From the NCBI GenBank assembly GCA_052034175.1, contig JBPOIX010000274.1, positions 1 to 48,533 of the forward strand: a DNA stretch of 48,533 nucleotides, in the 5' to 3' direction. The notes under the pieces were generated by a model that did not search any database, was not told where the DNA came from, and was given only the letters and a program-made list of their open reading frames with translations. Each line of letters starts with the position of its first letter. Position 1 is the first letter of the stretch. This document shows positions 42,671-48,533 of the stretch, piece after piece. A program made the position numbers and the translations under genes. Source of the stretch: Actinomycetota bacterium. GTDB taxonomy: Bacteria; Actinomycetota; Acidimicrobiia; Acidimicrobiales; Ilumatobacteraceae.

Positions 42671-43645
42671 ATGATCGTCAACTGCGCGGCGTACTGCGAA
42701 GGACGGCGGACGGCCGCGTTCGACGACCTGTCCTCGTTGGAGGGCTGGCGCTCCGACTGCCCCGACTCGTACGTGTGGCTCGGCCTGCGGATGCCGACGG
42801 TGGAGGAGCTGGATGTCGCCTGCCGGCTGCTGGACCTGGACGACGTGCGCGCCGAGGATCTGCTCAAGCCGCACACCCGCCCCGTCCTCAGCCTGGACGG
42901 GCCGACCGCCTATCTGGTGCTGCGCACGGCGCGCTACGACGACCTCAACGAGAACATCACGCTCGGCGAGATGACCGTGCTGGTCGGGCCGGACGCGGTG
43001 CTCTCGCTGCGGCACGGCCAGGCGAGCCCGTTGTCCGCGATGCGGGCCGAGATGGAGCGCACCCACGAGCCGCTGGAGCACGGGCCGTGGGGCGTGTTCG
43101 CGGCCATCGTGGCCCGTGTGGTCGACGACTACTCACCGGCGCTCGACGGGTTCGAGAACGACGCCGTGGAGGCCGAGCGCGACGTGTTCAGCGAGACCCG
43201 GCATCAGCCGGTGAAGCGGCTCTATCGCCTGAAGCGTGAGGTGCGCGAGCTGCTGGTGGCGGTGGACGCGCTGCAAGACCCACTGGCGCGGCTCATCCGG
43301 GCCAAAGGCCCCGAGATGCCCGCCGAAGCACTGGCCGACGTGCACGAAGCGGCGGAGCGGCTGAGCCGTACCGTCTCCCGGATCCAGTCGCTGTCGGAGC
43401 TGCTCGATGCGGCCCTCACCGCCAGCACGGCGCAGATCACCATGCAGCAGAACGAGGACATGCGTGCCATCAGCGCGTGGGTGGCGATGGCCGCCGTGCC
43501 GACGTTGGTGGCCGGCATCTACGGCATGAACTTCGATCACCTGCCCGAGCTGCACTGGAAGTTCGGCTACCCGCTGGTGCTCTGTGGCATGGCCCTCGTG
43601 GCCGGTGCCATGTACCGCGGCTTCAAGAAGTCCGGCTGGTTCTAG
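42671..43645 (+). CDS. corA: CorA family divalent cation (Mg/Co/Ni) transporter
   Basis: The C-terminus has two TM helices with the YGMNF signature (IYGMNFDHLPEL). Confidence 0.9.
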   Translation: MIVNCAAYCEGRRTAAFDDLSSLEGWRSDCPDSYVWLGLRMPTVEELDVACRLLDLDDVRAEDLLKPHTRPVLSLDGPTAYLVLRTARYDDLNENITLGEMTVLVGPDAVLSLRHGQASPLSAMRAEMERTHEPLEHGPWGVFAAIVARVVDDYSPALDGFENDAVEAERDVFSETRHQPVKRLYRLKREVRELLVAVDALQDPLARLIRAKGPEMPAEALADVHEAAERLSRTVSRIQSLSELLDAALTASTAQITMQQNEDMRAISAWVAMAAVPTLVAGIYGMNFDHLPELHWKFGYPLVLCGMALVAGAMYRGFKKSGWF

Positions 43646-43665
43646 CTGTACCCGGCCATCGGCGC

Positions 43666-45039
43666 TCAGCGCGCCATGCCGGCCGCGGCGAGCGCCATCT
43701 GCCGGGCTCGATCCAGGTCGTAGTGCTTGCGGGTCACGATGCGTTGGGCGTACAGGCCGCCGCCGGCCTGGATGGCGGTCACCGCCTGCCAACCGCCGTA
43801 GGCATCGGCGGTGAGGTCGCGGATGAGGTGGAACAGCCGGGTGCGGTACTCGCCGTCGCCCACCGCGCCGCCCATGTACTTGCGGGCCAATTCGCCGACC
43901 TCGGGGCTCTCCAGGTCGCTGATGGAGGGGGCGGTGACGATGGCCCCGCCGGCGATGTCGTGCAGGTGGCGGACCATCAGCGAGTAGTTCGCCGCACCGG
44001 TGTACTTGCCGGCGTTGGTGTACAGCTCGTCGGGGAAGGCCGCGCCGAACGGGCCGGTGCCGGCGTTCGCCAGGCAGGCCTCCAGGCAGGCGCGCACCAC
44101 CGTGGCGTGGATGATCATCTCCGAGATCTTCTCCTTGATGTGCGCCTCGCCCGCCAGGCCGTTGCTCTCGGCCACCAGTTGCGCCAGGCCCACCAACAGG
44201 TCGGCGCCGTCGGCCATGCCGGAGAGCCCACCGAGGCGCTCCCACAGGCCGAGCGAGTGGGCGAACACCGCGGCAAGGGACACCTCGCCGTCGAGGAAGA
44301 CGCGGTCGCGCGGCACGAACACGTCGTCGAAGATCACGAAGCCTTCGGGGGCGGCGTCCTTGCCGGAGATCGGGAAGTCCCGCGTATCGGCGTGGCGCGG
44401 GGCGTACGTGGTGTTGATGATCTTCACGCCGGGAGCGTTCACCGGCACTATGCAGGCAATGGCGTAGTCCTCCTCGCCGGCCTTCATCGCCTTGGTGGGG
44501 ATGGTGAGCAGTTCGTGGCCCAACGATGCACCGGTGATGTGCAACTTGGCGCCGCGGAGGACGACCCCGTCGCTCTGGCGGGCCACCACGCGCACATACT
44601 GGTCGGGGTCCTCCTGCTTGCCGGGTGGGCGGGAGCGGTCGCCCTTGGCGTCGGTGATGCACTGGGTGATGCGCACGTCGCGGCGCTCGGCCTCGGCGAT
44701 GAACGCCTGGATCGGCTCGATGTACTGCGGCGCCGCCTCGTGGATGCGCCCGGCCGCGGTGGCCAGCGTCATGATCGACGTGTAGGTGACGTGGGCCATC
44801 ATGCCCGCGTGGTGCACGACGTCCACCTTGGCGCGCAGCTCGTCCGGTGTCGCGGGCACGCCGGCCAGCGGGCTCGTTCCGTCCACGGCGTTGGCGGCCA
44901 GCCAGTCGTAGCCGGCGGCCACGGCGTGCACCGCGGCACCGAGGACCGGATGGCCCGGCAGGTCGGTGACCCGTTGCCCTTCGAAGATGGTGACCCGGCC
45001 GTCGTCCAGCGACTGCAGGTACTCGGCTCCGCTCAGCAT
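43666..45039 (-). CDS. HpaB / 4-hydroxybutyryl-CoA dehydratase (AbfD) family protein
   Basis: Starts MLSGAEYLQSLDDGRVTIFEG. Contains ITDAKGDRSRPPGKQEDPDQYVRVV. The sub-family cannot be resolved by eye. Confidence 0.75.
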   Translation of the reverse strand: MLSGAEYLQSLDDGRVTIFEGQRVTDLPGHPVLGAAVHAVAAGYDWLAANAVDGTSPLAGVPATPDELRAKVDVVHHAGMMAHVTYTSIMTLATAAGRIHEAAPQYIEPIQAFIAEAERRDVRITQCITDAKGDRSRPPGKQEDPDQYVRVVARQSDGVVLRGAKLHITGASLGHELLTIPTKAMKAGEEDYAIACIVPVNAPGVKIINTTYAPRHADTRDFPISGKDAAPEGFVIFDDVFVPRDRVFLDGEVSLAAVFAHSLGLWERLGGLSGMADGADLLVGLAQLVAESNGLAGEAHIKEKISEMIIHATVVRACLEACLANAGTGPFGAAFPDELYTNAGKYTGAANYSLMVRHLHDIAGGAIVTAPSISDLESPEVGELARKYMGGAVGDGEYRTRLFHLIRDLTADAYGGWQAVTAIQAGGGLYAQRIVTRKHYDLDRARQMALAAAGMAR

Positions 45040-45125
45040 GGCTTGCCCCCTTGGCGTGTGTGAGCCCTGCGTAGTGGAGCGCCCGCCCCGCCGGCGAAGC
45101 GGAGCGACCGGAGGGCCGATCCCCG

Positions 45126-47747
45126 ATGTGGCACCATCGGGTGGTGCGCCGTCCGCTGTTGCTCACTCCGCCGTGGCGCAGGGGGTGGTGGGCGCTGTGG
45201 AATCGGCCGGGGCTGCTGGCCGCCACCGTGCTGATCGGTGCCGTGATCGGGCTGGTGGCCGCGGCACCGGTGCTGTTCGTCTCCAGCGTCGGTGCCGGTG
45301 CCGTGCAGGTTCAGTACGCACGCCAGTGCCCCGCAACGCTGGCCCCGAACCTGAACATCCCCCTCGGCGTGAACGTCATCGATCAGCCGGTCGACGACCC
45401 CCTCGGGGCATTGACGGAAGCGGTGGGGGACGACCCATCCTTCGCCGCGCCGGAACGCATCCTGGCCAACTACAGCGCCAACCCGGTGGAGTTCGGTGCC
45501 GCCGAAGGGCATGTCGGCTTTCTCGCCCGGCCCGACGCGCTCGAACATGTGCAGCTGGTAGGCCCGCAGGTGGCCGGCGACCTGTGGCTGCCGGATTCGC
45601 TGCAGGAGCAGTTGGGTGCAGGCCCGGGCGACACCATCCATGTCACGGTCTCCGGCGGCAGGGAACTCGACCTCGTGGTGGCCGGCGTGTTTCGCGACCT
45701 GGCGCAGGAACCGCTCGACGCCTACTGGTGCGTGGCCACCAGAGCGATCATGCCCGAGGACATGTACGGCGAGGTCTTCCCCCCACCGATGGCCGTGGTC
45801 ACCCCCGAACGTTTCGACGAACTCGACCTGCTGGCGGGGCTGCGGTTGACGCGCCTGGTCGCCGGCTTCGCCGCGCCGCCGCGCACGCTGGCCGACGCCG
45901 AGCGCCTGACCACCGCCACTGCGGGCGTCGCCGAGCGCATCGAGGCCTCCGGGGCCGGCAGCATCACGTCCGGGATCGATCGGCTCACCCAACGGGCCCG
46001 GCTGGTGCGGTCCGCGGTGCGGGACACCACGCTGCCGGTGGCCGGGCTGGCCGTCACCTGCGCCTTGGTCTTGGCGGCGGTGTTGGGTGTGTTGTGGCTG
46101 CGGGTCAGGAGGATGTCCTGCACGGCGTTGCTGACGGTCGGCGTCGCGCCGGGCTGGGTCGGTGCGAAGGCCGCGATCGAGACGTGCGCGGCGGTGGTCG
46201 GCGGTGCGGCGGGTGGCGTGTTGTCGGCCAGATGGTCCATGCGGGCGTGGGCGCCGGCGGATGTCGTGGAGCCGGGCGCGCTCGGGTGGGCGTTCCTTGC
46301 CGCGGGCGTTGCGGCCCTGGCAGGGGTGGCGCTCATCGGGCTCACGGTGGCGTGGTCGGCGCGATCGCTGCTCCGCGTCGCCGCGCCGGCGCGCCGCAGT
46401 TGGTGGCGCTTCGTGCCGTTCGAGGCCGGGCTGGCCCTCGCCGCGTGGTGGGCGGCGCGCGACGTGCGCCCCTCGGCGCTCGTGCCGGTGGAGGGCCGGC
46501 GCGTGGTGGACACCAGCGCCGCCGTCTTGCTGCTGCCTCTCGCTGTGCTGGCCTGCGGCGCCGCGGTGGCGAGCCGGGTGTGGTGGTGGTTCACCCGCCG
46601 CTGGCGTGGTGCCGGCCTGCCCACACATCTCACCTCGCGCCTGGCCGCACGGCGGCTGCAGCACGGGGCCCGCGCCGGCAGCGCCATTCTGGGTGCCGGC
46701 ACGCTGGCCCTCGGTGTGTCGGTGTTCGGCCTGGCGATGAACGCGTCGCTGGCGCGCACGGGCGAGGCGAAGGCGGCGGTGTTCGTCGGTAGCGATGTCG
46801 CCCTGCTGGTGAGCGGGGAACTACCGGCCGGCACCCCCGGCGCCACTGAGGTCTGGCGCCGCGAATCGATGACCTACGAGGGCCTGGAAGTCGATGTGTT
46901 GGCCATCGACACCGAGACCTTCGCCTCCGTCGCCTTCTGGGACGATGCCTTCGCCGACGTTCCGCTGGCGGAACTGATGGACAGGTTGGCGGGCGCCAGC
47001 AGGGGCGGGACGGAGGAGCCCGCGTGGCCGGCGCTGCTCGTCGGCACGGCGCCACAGGAAGGGCTGCTCAGCAACCCGAACACCGATCGCGACCCGGTGC
47101 AGGTGAGGGTGGTGGGCGCCGCGTCGGCGTTCCCAGGCGCACCCCGAGAACGGCCGACGTTGGTCACGACCCTCGGCGCGGTGGCGGACGGCCCGATCGG
47201 CTTCCGCCACTTCGTGTGGGCACGGGGCGGGTACGAGGAGTGGCGCGCCACACTGTTCGACCTGGGGGCCGAGCCGCTCCTCGGCATCTCGCGCCACGAC
47301 GCGGTGGATTCGTCGGTCCTGCGTTTCGCCGCGTGGTCGTTCGACTTCGTGCGTGCGCTCGGGGTCTTCGTCGGGCTGCTGGTGGTGGTGGCGCTGCTGC
47401 TGTACCTGTCGGCGCGTCAGCGCCAGCAGGCATTGGGGTTCGCCTTCCTGCGGCGAATGGGGTTCACCCACCGCCGGCACTGGTGGGCGCTCGTGTTGGA
47501 GGTCGGCGGGCTGATGTTGATGGTGCTCGGGCTCGGTACGGGGTTGGCGCTGTTCTCGGCGCGCCTGGTGAGCCCCAACGTCGATCCGCTGCCGTTGCTG
47601 GCTCCGCAGCCGCTCACCGTCGTGCCGTGGCTCGGAATGGCCGGCGCCGCGGTGGTGGGCGCGGTGGTGGCCCTGCTCGGCAGCGCCGCGGCGCAGGGGT
47701 TGGGCTCGCGGGTCGATGTGGCGGAGGTGCTCCGTGATGGCACCTGA
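45126..47747 (+). CDS. FtsX-like ABC transporter permease (large, two FtsX-type TM modules)
   Basis: An 873-aa protein with alternating large loops and clusters of TM helices. It is followed by ABC ATPase genes with overlapping start and stop. The exact start is uncertain. Confidence 0.7.
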   Translation: MWHHRVVRRPLLLTPPWRRGWWALWNRPGLLAATVLIGAVIGLVAAAPVLFVSSVGAGAVQVQYARQCPATLAPNLNIPLGVNVIDQPVDDPLGALTEAVGDDPSFAAPERILANYSANPVEFGAAEGHVGFLARPDALEHVQLVGPQVAGDLWLPDSLQEQLGAGPGDTIHVTVSGGRELDLVVAGVFRDLAQEPLDAYWCVATRAIMPEDMYGEVFPPPMAVVTPERFDELDLLAGLRLTRLVAGFAAPPRTLADAERLTTATAGVAERIEASGAGSITSGIDRLTQRARLVRSAVRDTTLPVAGLAVTCALVLAAVLGVLWLRVRRMSCTALLTVGVAPGWVGAKAAIETCAAVVGGAAGGVLSARWSMRAWAPADVVEPGALGWAFLAAGVAALAGVALIGLTVAWSARSLLRVAAPARRSWWRFVPFEAGLALAAWWAARDVRPSALVPVEGRRVVDTSAAVLLLPLAVLACGAAVASRVWWWFTRRWRGAGLPTHLTSRLAARRLQHGARAGSAILGAGTLALGVSVFGLAMNASLARTGEAKAAVFVGSDVALLVSGELPAGTPGATEVWRRESMTYEGLEVDVLAIDTETFASVAFWDDAFADVPLAELMDRLAGASRGGTEEPAWPALLVGTAPQEGLLSNPNTDRDPVQVRVVGAASAFPGAPRERPTLVTTLGAVADGPIGFRHFVWARGGYEEWRATLFDLGAEPLLGISRHDAVDSSVLRFAAWSFDFVRALGVFVGLLVVVALLLYLSARQRQQALGFAFLRRMGFTHRRHWWALVLEVGGLMLMVLGLGTGLALFSARLVSPNVDPLPLLAPQPLTVVPWLGMAGAAVVGAVVALLGSAAAQGLGSRVDVAEVLRDGT

Positions 47748-48414
47748 AGCAGCCGTCCTCCAGGCGGTGGATCTCGGTGTGGACTATCGGGTCGGCGACC
47801 GCAGCGTCACGGCGCTGGACGGGGTGTCGTTGGTCGTGCCGCCGGGGAGTTTCACCGTGCTCGCCGGGCCGTCGGGCTCCGGCAAGTCGAGCCTGTTGCG
47901 CAGCCTCGGCCTGCTCGACCGACCGTCGCGTGGAGCGCTGCAGGTCGCGGGCGTCGACGTGCTGGCGCTCTCCGATCGCCGGCGCCGCGGGATGCGCCGC
48001 GCGCGGCTGGCCTATGTGCACCAGCGGCCGGTCGCCAACCTGGTGGACGACCTGACGGCGATGGAGCAGGTGGTGTTCGCCCGGGCATGCCGCGGGATGC
48101 CGCCGGGCGACCCCGAGGCGGTGCTGGCCCGGTTCGGGTTGGCCCATCGGGCGGCGGCGCCACCGGCCGCGCTGTCGGGTGGTGAGCAGCAGCGGTTGGC
48201 GGTGGCCATGGCGGCCGCGGCCTCGCCGGCGGTGCTGTTCGCGGACGAACCGACCGCGGAACTCGACCGGCGCCTCGCGGACGAGGTGGTGGCGGCACTC
48301 GTGGCCGCCGCAGATGGGGGCGGCGCGGTGGTGGCGGCCAGCCACGACCCGGCGTTGATCGGCGCGGCCACCCACGTCGTGCGGTTGCACGAGGGGAGGC
48401 GGGTCAATGAGTGA
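47737..48414 (+). CDS. ABC transporter ATP-binding protein
   Basis: Walker A GPSGSGKSS, signature LSGGEQQR, Walker B VLFADEPT. The start overlaps the permease stop. An alternative start lies at 47716. Confidence 0.9.
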   Translation: MAPEAAVLQAVDLGVDYRVGDRSVTALDGVSLVVPPGSFTVLAGPSGSGKSSLLRSLGLLDRPSRGALQVAGVDVLALSDRRRRGMRRARLAYVHQRPVANLVDDLTAMEQVVFARACRGMPPGDPEAVLARFGLAHRAAAPPAALSGGEQQRLAVAMAAAASPAVLFADEPTAELDRRLADEVVAALVAAADGGGAVVAASHDPALIGAATHVVRLHEGRRVNE

Positions 48415-48533
48415 CGCACTCGTGGCCGCTGGCCTGCGCAAGTGGTTCGGTTCGGGCGCAGGTCGGGTCGTCCCGATCGACGGGGTGGATCTGCTGATCT
48501 CCCGCGGCGAACTCGTGGTGCTCACCGGGCCGT
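48407..48533 (+). CDS. Second ABC transporter ATP-binding protein (5' fragment, runs off the window)
   Basis: Reads MSDALVAAGLRKWFGSGAGRVVPIDGVDLLISRGELVVLTGP and ends just at the expected Walker A. The ATG overlaps the previous stop region. Confidence 0.7.
   Translation, partial: MSDALVAAGLRKWFGSGAGRVVPIDGVDLLISRGELVVLTGP

Noticed and set aside
42671-43645. Idea that CorA is a dedicated nickel supplier for the adjacent hydrogenase
   Set aside because: This rests only on proximity, with an unrelated adhesin gene in between. The YGMNF motif does not discriminate Mg from Co or Ni, so there is no sequence evidence for the link.
43133-45226. 697-aa minus-strand ORF and 528-aa plus-strand ORF (43477..45063) overlapping the HpaB/AbfD-family gene
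   Set aside because: Only frame 43666..45039 (-) gives a family-like protein (KGDRS block, balanced composition). The others are Arg/Gly/Pro-rich artefacts.

Overview
This is a 48.5 kb high-GC segment. GC-rich third codon positions, many Tat/lipoprotein signals, 4-nt ATGA/GTGA start-stop overlaps, CmtR-type regulators and a DUF222-HNH gene point to Actinomycetota (inference). All calls rest on reading the six-frame translations and the DNA by eye; no searches or computations were run. The window has three blocks. (1) Positions 1-19.6 kb form a dense metal-homeostasis block bracketed by two copies of a tRNA 3' end. It holds three ArsR/SmtB-family sensors (two CmtR-like), two P1B-type ATPases, a multicopper oxidase, and an operon ycnI - copC/copD fusion - unknown protein - DUF3105 - DUF305 - CPBP protease. 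It also holds a divergent ECF sigma / ZAS anti-sigma pair, an island-borne lspA, a cytochrome c lipoprotein, and a DUF411/CopG-like gene interrupted by an in-frame TGA at a conserved Cys position. (2) Positions 19.6-28 kb carry a WYL regulator with an in-frame TAA, plus DinB-like, GNAT, enoyl-CoA hydratase, DUF222-HNH, CotH-like Tat lipoprotein, aminotransferase and acyl-CoA dehydrogenase genes. (3) Positions 28-42.7 kb are the most unusual part. Three paralogous ~712-aa secreted beta-helix (CSLREA / choice-of-anchor-Q-like) plus cadherin-like proteins each end in an IP(D/E)TG - TM - basic-tail sorting signal. They are arranged around one 988-aa cytoplasmic fusion of an Asp/Asn beta-hydroxylase-like domain, a sulfotransferase domain and a TIGR03032/DUF4915-like domain. 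A complete hyhBGSL-type [NiFe]-hydrogenase operon, containing a stand-alone cNMP-binding gene and a maturation protease, lies between paralogs 2 and 3. CorA, an HpaB/AbfD-family gene and an FtsX-type ABC exporter with two ATPase genes close the window. No rRNA, CRISPR array, transposase or integrase was recognised. Many long ORFs in the track are antisense or off-frame artefacts of high GC.
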